Shown: positions 51,265 to 58,738 of the stretch, piece after piece
Numbering within the stretch: position 1 is the first letter of the stretch
Layout: every line of letters starts with the position of its first letter
Source: Minisyncoccia bacterium
Lineage (GTDB): Bacteria > Patescibacteriota > Minisyncoccia > Phycocordibacterales > UBA918
Assembly (NCBI GenBank): GCA_046293175.1
Contig: JBKBPM010000001.1
Coordinates: forward strand, 511,847 to 575,846
Direction: 5' to 3'
Length of the DNA stretch: 64,000 bases
Notes under the pieces: generated by a model
The model's input: the letters and a program-made list of their open reading frames with translations, nothing else
What the model was told of the DNA's origin: nothing
The model's database searches: none
Program-made: the position numbers and the translations under genes

Positions 51265-51728
51265 CAGCACAGCCGGGCACAGCGATTTGAGGCGACTCCG
51301 AAGGAGCCGAACCAGCGAGCCGGGGTCGACAGCACTTACTAGAATTGGAGCATAGCGAGCAATTATAGTTAGTGACTGGTGACCTGTGCCAGCCTTCTTG
51401 CGTCGTTCAAAACTTAAATAAAGTTTTGACGAGCAAGGGCTGGCGCAGCGCGGCGGACCCATGTGAGTCGCCCCTTCCTAGGGCGATGAACCAGCGAGGC
51501 GGGTGAGAAATGGGATGGGACCCATTTCGCAAGACCTTGCCAGCTACCTTTTGAGTGATAACGAGAAAGTAGCGACAAGGTGTACTGAATCTGTAAGGTT
51601 CGCAAGTACTTAGATTTTTATGAACCGAGTTCAATAAAAAGCTTAGTAACTTCTGACCTGTCCCTGCGTTTTTCCTGAAATATACTTAGTGATTCGTGAC
51701 TGTTCCGGCCTTCATTTCAAACTTAAAA
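51265..51728 (+). repeat. array of gene-end-duplicating elements (core B, nested core A) carrying copies of the ftsZ 3' end
   Basis: [11 protein letters not shown] recoded at 51386-51421; degenerate VPAF copies at ~51659 and ~51702. Confidence 0.75.
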
Positions 51729-51761
51729 CAAAAATCACCCTTAGGGGTGATTTTTGTTTGT

Positions 51762-51998
51762 CTACAACTTCTTCACAATCGTTTCGAGCAACATCGTCGT
51801 CTCCTCATTTGATCGCTTTCGACTACACTCCTTGAGTGACAATAAAAGGTATTCCTTCACACAAGCATCAAGAGCTCCCTTCGCCGCCAAAAACTGTGGT
51901 ACCGCGCTACTACATGTCGGCTGGCAAGTCTCGAGATCCGTACGAATCTTTTGCAATTGTCCTTCCACCCGCTTGAGTCGGTTGACGATTGGTTTCAT
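51762..51998 (-). CDS. CsoR/RcnR-family transcriptional repressor
   Basis: NRLKRVEGQL, C...V.QFLAAKGAL motifs. Confidence 0.85.
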   Translation of the reverse strand: MKPIVNRLKRVEGQLQKIRTDLETCQPTCSSAVPQFLAAKGALDACVKEYLLLSLKECSRKRSNEETTMLLETIVKKL

Positions 51999-52003
51999 AT
52001 GTG

Positions 52004-52034
52004 GACGAGTATACCCCCTGTGGGTATACTCGTC
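52004..52034. promoter_or_regulatory. CsoR-family operator
   Basis: GACGAGTATACCC-CCTGT-GGGTATACTCGTC inverted repeat with C/G tracts, between the divergent repressor and trxB. Confidence 0.75.
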
Positions 52035-52084
52035 AACGCGGCTATGGTACACTACAATCCACAATTATTGAGTAGTTTCTTTGT

Positions 52085-52999
52085 ATGTACGATCTCGTTA
52101 TTATCGGAGGAGGACCAGCTGGAGTATCAGCTGGTGTCTACGCTGCTCGCAAGCGCCTCACCACTTGCTTCATCACCAAGGATTGGGGTGGACAGAGTAT
52201 TGTCTCAACCGATATCCAAAACTGGATTGGTACACCATCAATTAGTGGTGACAAACTCGCTGCCGACCTCAAAGCCCACCTTATGTCCTACGCTGGTGAG
52301 TACGTAACCGTGAAGAACAACATCGTTACCCTCCTCACTCGTGGCGATGGCAGTCACACGGTCACCCTCGACTCTGGTGAAACCATCGAGGCGAAGGCCA
52401 TCCTCATGACCTCAGGTTCCGCTCGTCGTCGTCTCTCTATCCCAGGGGCAGACACCTATGAACACAAAGGACTCACCTATTGTGCGTCTTGCGACGGCCC
52501 GCTCTTTGCCGGACAAGATGTCGTGGTCATTGGTGGCGGTAATGCTGGCTTTGAAACTGCGGCGCAGCTGCTTGCCTACGCCAAGAGTGTCACTCTCCTC
52601 TCTCGTAGTGAGTTTAAAGCTGACGCCATCACGGTCGAAAAGGTAGTCGCTCACCCAAACATGACCGCTATCGCGCACGCCGAACCGACCTCAGTATTGG
52701 GCGAACAGTTCGTCACAGGTCTTACATACAAAACTTCCGAGGGCGAAGAAAAAGCCATTTCGGTTGGTGGTATCTTTGTTGAAGCAGGCATGCTCCCGAA
52801 CACCACCTATGCCAAAGATGCTGTCACGCTTGATGCCTTTGGTCGCGTCGAAATTGACCCGTGGACCCAGCAAACGACCACCCCTGGTATCTGGGCCGCC
52901 GGCGACTGTACGAATGTGAAGTATCATCAGAACAACATCGCAGCCGGAGATGCTGTCCGAGCGCTAGAAGATATCTATGTCACTTTAAAGGCAAAATAA
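52085..52999 (+). CDS. trxB: thioredoxin-disulfide reductase (TrxB/AhpF C-terminal type)
   Basis: IIGGGPAG, YCASCDG, VIGGGNAG, AAGD motifs. Confidence 0.9.
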   Translation: MYDLVIIGGGPAGVSAGVYAARKRLTTCFITKDWGGQSIVSTDIQNWIGTPSISGDKLAADLKAHLMSYAGEYVTVKNNIVTLLTRGDGSHTVTLDSGETIEAKAILMTSGSARRRLSIPGADTYEHKGLTYCASCDGPLFAGQDVVVIGGGNAGFETAAQLLAYAKSVTLLSRSEFKADAITVEKVVAHPNMTAIAHAEPTSVLGEQFVTGLTYKTSEGEEKAISVGGIFVEAGMLPNTTYAKDAVTLDAFGRVEIDPWTQQTTTPGIWAAGDCTNVKYHQNNIAAGDAVRALEDIYVTLKAK

Positions 53000-53046
53000 T
53001 CGAGTTCTATCTATAAAACAAAAGCCGCTTAATGTGGCTTTTGTTT

Positions 53047-53775
53047 TTAAGTAGTATAGTTCTGAAATACCACAGGTGTCACCACTCGTGGAAAATGTTC
53101 CTGATACTCAGGATGGCACGCGAGCCACCGACTAATATCAGTCCACCGGAGCCCATGAAAGCCAAATGAGTCCACGTACTGGTAGTACTCGAGCGACCGT
53201 CCTTCAAAAGAGAATGCTTCAGCTACCGGTACTGGGGCAAAGCGTATCCCTGTCGCTTCGAGCTTCGCGCGCTCGGTATAACACTGCGCCCAATCTTCCG
53301 GCTCGGTGAGGGTAAAATCACCGGCCGCTGCAAGCTTGGCGGTGAGTTCCAGGAGTCGTCGACTGCGAAGCGAAAACCCGCCGTTCCCTACGACCAAGTC
53401 ACCAATTGATGAAACTGGTACCTCATGCCGCTCGACCGTCCACTGTCCAATCTCAATCGGCGCACCGATGTAGTCGTACAAGAGCCACTCATCCTGCCAC
53501 GCATCCGGATTAAGTACAAAACCATCATACTGAAAAATAAGTGCATGTGACGTATCAACATATTCATAGAGTTCCGTGAGACAGAATTTTGAGTACGCTT
53601 CAATTGAAGTGATAGGCGGTATCGCAATAACCCGCGAGTCGGTGCTTGGTAAAGACGAGAGGAGCCTTACCGCACCAAAGCTGATACCTGCAGTCGAAAT
53701 ATCAGCAGCCCGCAGTGCCCGCTCAATATCCACCCCATCAATCCCAATCAGTGTTACGTCTGGCAAATCAATCAT
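53047..53775 (-). CDS. DUF5672-like, glycosyltransferase-related protein
   Basis: QYDGFV, YDYIGAP, VGNGGFSLRS, PED, FGFHG motifs. Confidence 0.75.
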   Translation of the reverse strand: MIDLPDVTLIGIDGVDIERALRAADISTAGISFGAVRLLSSLPSTDSRVIAIPPITSIEAYSKFCLTELYEYVDTSHALIFQYDGFVLNPDAWQDEWLLYDYIGAPIEIGQWTVERHEVPVSSIGDLVVGNGGFSLRSRRLLELTAKLAAAGDFTLTEPEDWAQCYTERAKLEATGIRFAPVPVAEAFSFEGRSLEYYQYVDSFGFHGLRWTDISRWLACHPEYQEHFPRVVTPVVFQNYTT

Positions 53776-54157
53776 TGCGGAAAAGTATACCACGATACTG
53801 ACACGCAAAATGCGCCCCAGCCGGGCGCATTTCGCTTTGTACAACGTAGAGTTTGGTCGGCATGCTCCGATCCCTCAAAGGGGATCATAGTATGGAGAAT
53901 CACCACCATGTCGACCTATATATATGGTCTCACACCACCACAATAGGTCAATACACGACGTCAACCGTCATACGAGCCATATATTGCAACGTTCTGTGTA
54001 TAACCCGTGGATAAGCCCGTGGGAAACTTCCGTATAACTCTGTACAAAAACCCCTGTGTAAGTGGGTGTACTACCCCACGCCTATCCCGTTATAACATAA
54101 CACACATTATAAGGCTGGTTCGGCGTATTGACGTGGATAATGGTCAGGAAAAGACTA

Positions 54158-54294
54158 TGCTATAATAATTTTACCTGAACGAAAGAACGGGTCGACACGC
54201 TTGAAGTACATTTAATAGCTGATTGAAAAGGACCGTAAGGAACTCAGGCGACAGCTAGTAAGTGAAACTTGCTAGCGTGTCGCCTGAGTTTTTT
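54158..54294 (+). promoter_or_regulatory. extended -10 promoter plus terminator/antiterminator leader upstream of the cargo tRNA
   Basis: TGCTATAAT at 54158-54166; hairpin with U-tract at 54241-54294; CGACACGCT (54193-54201) complementary to its 3' arm AGCGTGTCG (54274-54282). Confidence 0.7.
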
Positions 54295-54305
54295 CTAAAG
54301 GTTTT

Positions 54306-54393
54306 GGTACCGTGGCAGAGTGGTTTATTGCATTGAGCTTATACCTCAACAGACTTGCTTAGGGTCTCGTGGGTTCAAACCCCACCGGTACCG
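54306..54393 (+). tRNA. class II tRNA with UAU (Ile) anticodon and a Ser-like body
   Basis: GGTACCG/CGGTACC-G73; D arm GCA/TGC; TTGAG-CTTATAC-CTCAA; variable arm AGACTT-GCTTA-GGGTCT; T arm GTGGG-TTCAAAC-CCCAC. Confidence 0.85.
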
Positions 54394-54408
54394 CATTTGT
54401 GGATAATG

Positions 54409-54437
54409 TTGAAAAAACCTTAGCTAAGGTATATAAT
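54409..54437 (+). promoter_or_regulatory. sigma70 promoter
   Basis: TTGAAA-17 bp-TATAAT. Confidence 0.75.
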
Positions 54438-54443
54438 GCTTAT

Positions 54444-54552
54444 ACCCTAAGCAGGTCATGACGCAAGTCATGTGTGGCCACAAGCCAGAGAGACTCAATA
54501 TAAAAATTGAACCTCTAACAAAGAATCCGTCATTTGGCGGGTTTTTTGTTAG
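54444..54552 (+). ncRNA. candidate sRNA antisense to the cargo tRNA variable arm
   Basis: Own promoter and terminator (54515-54552); no protein-length ORF; 5' ACCCTAAGCAGGTC pairs with tRNA 54352-54365. Confidence 0.6.
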
Positions 54553-54698
54553 TTAAATGAGTAATACACTAATAACTCGCTTGCGTACAGTCCAGAGCAA
54601 ATGGTAGTGTATTACATACAAAAACCGCCCGAGTTTATATCGAACGGTTTTTGCTTTCAAAATCTTGTAGAAGTCGTCACCTTTTCAGGCGACGGCTT

Positions 54699-54821
54699 TT
54701 ACTTTGTGCGTATCCCTGGGATTTCAACTTTATCAAGGTACGTTGTATTAGGATATCGATCCAAAACGTACTCCTTGACAAAGCGACCAGTGATAGCACT
54801 TCGAGGCTTATATGTAATCAA
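54699..54821 (-). CDS. small protein (40 aa) with RSAITGRFV motif
   Basis: TTG start, MITYKPRSAITGRFVKEYVLDRYPNTTYLDKVEIPGIRTK*; translated manually; followed by hairpins. Confidence 0.55.
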   Translation of the reverse strand: MITYKPRSAITGRFVKEYVLDRYPNTTYLDKVEIPGIRTK

Positions 54822-54904
54822 GGTAAGAAAACATTTTTATAGCCTGGTAATATCGACCGACAATAACAGTTAGACTGCTATAAACATTGTCACTTCGTTA
54901 GAAA

Positions 54905-55070
54905 CAAAAAGCTCAACAGCACGACAATCTGTGAGAGCCTAGAAGCTGAAACTTTTAGATTCCCCACTTCCGCGGGGATTTTACTCCCCACAGAATGCCT
55001 TGCTCTTGAGCCTTTGATTTTATTCACCTGCTTCGATTAAGGTCATACTGTTGATTGTCGTGCACTTCAT
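54905..55070 (-). promoter_or_regulatory. attenuator-like leader with a 16-codon uORF
   Basis: uORF 55070-55020; long hairpin 54911-55011 with minus-strand U-tract; 11-nt alternative pairing of 55053-55063 with 54919-54929. Confidence 0.45.
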
Positions 55071-55160
55071 TGTTTCCGCAGAAGTATCTATAGTATAGCA
55101 TATCCAAAAATTGAATTGGATGGTAATCTATGTGGATAATGACTGAAATCAATTTTTTAG

Positions 55161-56027
55161 CTACTTTGAAGCGCGCAGTACAGTACCGAGCAGAACCCCA
55201 AAGCGCATCTTGTCGCTGTGTCGATTGTTGTAGTGGAAAGCAAAAAGGTCAAGATAAGACTGCATCTCCTGCTTAGACACGCCCTTTTGTATACCCTTGA
55301 GTGAACGCTTGATGTGTCCCCATACCGTCTCGATATTGTTGATGTGCACACCGTTGTCTGAGTACGTCTCTTTGTGCTTCACCACGTCACGGTAGTAGTC
55401 TGAGGCTGAGTGAGTGTAGATACTGGCGTCGTCGGTGATAAGACGAGCAGTAGGGGCTACGTTGGCTTCGAGGAAAGCGTTGATAGACTGAGCTGTTGCA
55501 TCACCCACCACCTTGAGACGTAACTCACCGCCACGGGCAACCGCACCCATCACCACAGTCTTTGCTTTCATGGCCTCCTTTTGACGCTTGTTGTCTTTAC
55601 CGGATCGGAAGCGTCCGCCGAGGTACGCAACGTCCATCTCTACGGTGCCGTCTAGACGGTCATTATCTTGCGCTAGGGCTTCACGAATCTTTGAGAGGAT
55701 GCGCCATGCGGTCTTGTAGGTACAACCAAGCTCACGTTCGAGCTGTTTTGCTGAGATACCACTCTTGGCGTTTGATACAACAAACAGAGCAAAGAACCAG
55801 TCCGTAAGTGGGGTATCTGACTTGTGGAAGATAGTACCAGCGGTAGGGGCAATCTGAAAGCGACACCTAGAGCACTGGTACTGCTTACGGCCTGAAATCT
55901 TGCGGTAGGTACCACCACAAGAACAGTCCTTAGAGTGACGGTTTTCGAAGATAAATTGAAGACATGCCTCGTCGTCAGGGAATTGTTTTTGTAAATCTTT
56001 AATAGAGTATTTGTCGGTCATTGCCAT
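55161..56027 (-). CDS. IS1595 (ISXO2-like) transposase
   Basis: N-terminal Zn ribbon (CSCG, CSRC), GTIFH.S, GISAKQL, YKTAW, VEMD..Y.GG, ITDD..IY, HINNIE motifs. Confidence 0.94.
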   Translation of the reverse strand: MAMTDKYSIKDLQKQFPDDEACLQFIFENRHSKDCSCGGTYRKISGRKQYQCSRCRFQIAPTAGTIFHKSDTPLTDWFFALFVVSNAKSGISAKQLERELGCTYKTAWRILSKIREALAQDNDRLDGTVEMDVAYLGGRFRSGKDNKRQKEAMKAKTVVMGAVARGGELRLKVVGDATAQSINAFLEANVAPTARLITDDASIYTHSASDYYRDVVKHKETYSDNGVHINNIETVWGHIKRSLKGIQKGVSKQEMQSYLDLFAFHYNNRHSDKMRFGVLLGTVLRASK

Positions 56028-56077
56028 ATACCAGTAGTATACTCCTACTGATTATGTTGTCAAGGGATAGGCGTGTA

Positions 56078-58012
56078 CTACCCCAGTTTCTCCTCTTTCA
56101 TAAAAAGGAGTCGTAAGCCGTTTGCCACCACGAGAAGTGTTCCTCCTTCGTGCCCAATGACACCAAGCGGCAATGGGAAGGTCGTGAAGATAGTAGCCAC
56201 CACCATGATTACCATAATGCCGCAAGCAAAGTAGAGGTTCTGACGAATAATACGATTGGCCCGACGTGAGAGGGTGTACGTGTATACGAGCTTCCGTAGG
56301 TCATTTGAGAGGAGTGCCACATCAGCCGCCTCAAGAGCCGCATCAGTCCCTGCCACTCCCATCGCAATCCCGACCCGAGCAGTGGCAAGCGCAGCAGCGT
56401 CATTCACCCCATCACCCACAAAGGCAACCGGACCGGTCTTTGCGAGCACTTCAATTTGTGTCACCTTATCTTCTGGCAAAAGATTCCCAAAGACCTGCGC
56501 TTCTTTAAGCCCGAGACCTTCGCCCACCGCGAGCGCCACGCGCTTCGTATCCCCTGTGAGCATCACCACCTGCTTCACCCCAGCAGCGTAGAGCGATTTG
56601 ATCATGCCAGCCGATTCACGTCGCACCACATCAGAGAGTGCTACTACACCGAGAATTGTCTGTCCCTGTCCCACAATCACTGGTGTCTCGCCACGGACCT
56701 CAAGTGATTCAAGGAGTGCTTCCACTTCTGCCGTCATACTTACCTGTTCACTCAAAAGTAGCGTTTTATTACCAGCCCAGTAGCGTAATCCTCCCATAGT
56801 AGCGACCACCCCCTGTCCCGGAATCGCTGAGGCATCATGGGCTTCAAGCCGGCGCACCCCACGCTCGACGAGATACTCGGTAATACTACGAGCTAAAGGA
56901 TGGTCTGATTCCGCTTCGAGGGTCGCTACAATCGAGAAAAATTCCGTTTCTTCACCTTCAAGCACCGTCACTTGAGAGACTGCCATCTTTCCTTCAGTGA
57001 GAGTTCCCGTCTTATCAAACGCAATAGTAGACACATTACCAAAGTCCTCAAGCGCGGCTCCGCCCTTAAAGAGCACGCCGTTGCGCGCGGCTGCCGCAAT
57101 CGCGGACAGTACCGCCGCCGGCACACTGATTACAATTGCGCACGGACTGGCGACCACCAGCAGAGTCGCCGCTTTATACAGAGCTTCAGCAGTTGGGAGC
57201 CCAATCAGCAAAAAGATACCCAAGGCCGCAATACTGCCGAACAACACGACAAAGGTATACCGTTGCCCAAACCAGTCACTAAAACGTTCACTTGGTGACT
57301 TCTTGTCTTCAGCCTCCATCACGAGTTGGATCATGCGAGATAATGTCGAGCGAGCGGCTGGTGCGGTCACAAGGATGGTCAATACGGCATTTTGATTGAC
57401 TGACCCAGCGAAGACCTTGTCCCCCGGTGCCTTATCAACCGGGACCGACTCACCAGTGATAGGTGCTTGATTGACCGCCCCAACACCCTTTTCTACCACA
57501 CCATCTATCGGGATACGTTCACCCGGACGCACAATCACTCGGTCATCAATCATGAGGAGTTCCACCGCTACACGCTCGGTTGTTTGTCCATCTGACAAAA
57601 GGCGATTCGCCTCATCAGGCCGCATGTTCATAAGGGCTGCGACCGAGCGCTTTGTGTTACCCATTGCGTAGTGTTCGAGCGTACCAGCGAGACTAAAGAG
57701 GAAGAGGAGGATCGCGCCGTCGCGCACCTCTCCTACTCCCGCGGCTGCGAGTGCCGCGAGCACCATAAGCAGATCGATATTAAGATCCTTTTGTAGAAGC
57801 GACAGTATCGCTTCCTTGGCCGCCGGTGCACCACCAGCGAGGTACGCCAGTGCGTAGAGTCCGTAGACGACCCACAGTGATTCACCTATGAGACTCGCTA
57901 TCACGGCTCCAATGAGTCCAACTGCCGTCAGAGTAGTTAATACTATCTGTATTCGTAATTCCTTTCGCTCAGCGGCTATCTCTTCCAAGATAGTGCTTTT
58001 AAGTTTATCCAT
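56078..58012 (-). CDS. heavy-metal-translocating P1B-type ATPase (SPC/HEGGT, P1B-4-like)
   Basis: TGES, ASPCA, DKTGT, GDGVND, HEGGT motifs. Confidence 0.92.
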   Translation of the reverse strand: MDKLKSTILEEIAAERKELRIQIVLTTLTAVGLIGAVIASLIGESLWVVYGLYALAYLAGGAPAAKEAILSLLQKDLNIDLLMVLAALAAAGVGEVRDGAILLFLFSLAGTLEHYAMGNTKRSVAALMNMRPDEANRLLSDGQTTERVAVELLMIDDRVIVRPGERIPIDGVVEKGVGAVNQAPITGESVPVDKAPGDKVFAGSVNQNAVLTILVTAPAARSTLSRMIQLVMEAEDKKSPSERFSDWFGQRYTFVVLFGSIAALGIFLLIGLPTAEALYKAATLLVVASPCAIVISVPAAVLSAIAAAARNGVLFKGGAALEDFGNVSTIAFDKTGTLTEGKMAVSQVTVLEGEETEFFSIVATLEAESDHPLARSITEYLVERGVRRLEAHDASAIPGQGVVATMGGLRYWAGNKTLLLSEQVSMTAEVEALLESLEVRGETPVIVGQGQTILGVVALSDVVRRESAGMIKSLYAAGVKQVVMLTGDTKRVALAVGEGLGLKEAQVFGNLLPEDKVTQIEVLAKTGPVAFVGDGVNDAAALATARVGIAMGVAGTDAALEAADVALLSNDLRKLVYTYTLSRRANRIIRQNLYFACGIMVIMVVATIFTTFPLPLGVIGHEGGTLLVVANGLRLLFMKEEKLG

Positions 58013-58045
58013 AATGAGGTGATTATAGCAAAGAAAATTTCATTT

Positions 58046-58145
58046 TGCGGAAATGGAGGGATTCGAACATTACATGTTCGGTACACCCTTCATATCGTAC
58101 TCGCTATCGCTCCGAGCGATATATTCAGGGTTTTCGAATCCCTCT
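58046..58145 (-). repeat. gene-end-duplicating element (core A) after tRNA-Ser
   Basis: 23-nt direct copy of the tRNA end (58046-58068 = 58169-58191); minus-strand core ...AGGGTGTACCGAACATGTAATGTTCGAATCC. Confidence 0.8.
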
Positions 58146-58170
58146 TTGAAACTAATGTTTCAAATTCCTG

Positions 58171-58258
58171 CGGAAATGGAGGGATTCGAACCCTCGATCA
58201 GGTTTCCCCGATACATGATTTCGAGTCATGCGCCTTCAACCAACTCAGCCACACTTCC
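58171..58258 (-). tRNA. tRNA-Ser(CGA)
   Basis: GGAAGTG/CATTTCC-G; CATGA-CTCGAAA-TCATG; long variable arm. Confidence 0.93.
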
Positions 58259-58343
58259 AAGCGACCGAAAGTATACCACTGTCAAAAGATTTAGCGCTAG
58301 CATTTTTACTGTTTTTTGCTATTATAACGCCACCATTTTATAT

Positions 58344-58462
58344 GGCCCTATCGTCTAGCGGCTAGGGAATGAAAAGCGGGTGGCTTTTCATCCGATCGCG
58401 AAGACATGAGCGAATCGTCGATGTTTACGAGGCGATAGGGACAGGATTCTCATTCCTGTAAC
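58344..58462 (+). pseudogene. interrupted 5'-half copy of tRNA-Glu
   Basis: First 23 nt identical to tRNA-Glu, then a ~70-nt insert, then the anticodon arm; no T arm or 3' acceptor strand. Confidence 0.7.
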
Positions 58463-58489
58463 AATACTGAAAAAACCATTTTAAAAAAT

Positions 58490-58561
58490 GGCCCTATCGT
58501 CTAGCGGCTAGGACACAGGATTCTCATTCCTGTAACCGGGGTTCGATTCCCCGTAGGGTCA
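58490..58561 (+). tRNA. tRNA-Glu(CTC)
   Basis: GGCCCTA/TAGGGTC-A; CAGGA-TTCTCAT-TCCTG. Confidence 0.92.
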
Positions 58562-58612
58562 CGAGTTTAAGAAAAAAGTCCGAGTTTATCTCGGGCTTTT
58601 TTCTTAGACTCC

Positions 58613-58738
58613 TTGTGATGCCTTGGAGGCAGAATCGAAAGGCGCAATAAAGCGAAGCGAAATGAGCCAGGGTCGTGAGCGATATATTTTCATTAATGAA
58701 AATAATCGACTCCTGACCGATTCCCCGTAGGGTCACCA
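58613..58738 (+). repeat. gene-end-duplicating element (core B) after tRNA-Glu
   Basis: GAATCGAA-AGGCG...GAGCCAGGGTCG...TGACC followed by GATTCCCCGTAGGGTCACCA. Confidence 0.7.

Larger units (their letters stand above)
54077..56075 (-). mobile_element. IS1595-family element with RNA cargo
   Basis: Imperfect 24-bp TIRs CACGCCTATCCCGTTATAACATAA (54077-54100) and TTATGTTGTCAAGGGATAGGCGTG (56052-56075); 8-bp direct repeat TACTACCC at 54069-54076 and 56076-56083. Confidence 0.9.

Noticed and set aside
51374-51385. GAC TGG TGA CCT as part of the ftsZ duplicate (D-W-stop-P)
   Set aside because: TGACC is the conserved end of the core B element, also seen after tRNA-Glu, so the duplicate is counted from the Val codon.
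51265-51728. CRISPR or TIGR-like array after ftsZ
   Set aside because: Units are irregular in length and degenerate, and no cas or Nop-domain gene is nearby. No regular repeat-spacer array was seen anywhere in the window.
54296-54315. TGGTACCG resembles a T-box antiterminator motif
   Set aside because: It is the 5' acceptor strand of a complete cloverleaf, and the terminator lies upstream of it rather than downstream as a T-box requires.
54421-54500. Resemblance to pistol or twister ribozymes
   Set aside because: The required pseudoknot partners and conserved cores could not be placed; antisense pairing to the tRNA explains the sequence better.
53990-55140. DnaA-box-like GTGGATAA motifs suggesting oriC
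   Set aside because: They are few and scattered, mostly inside the IS next to promoters, with no dnaA/dnaN or clear unwinding element.
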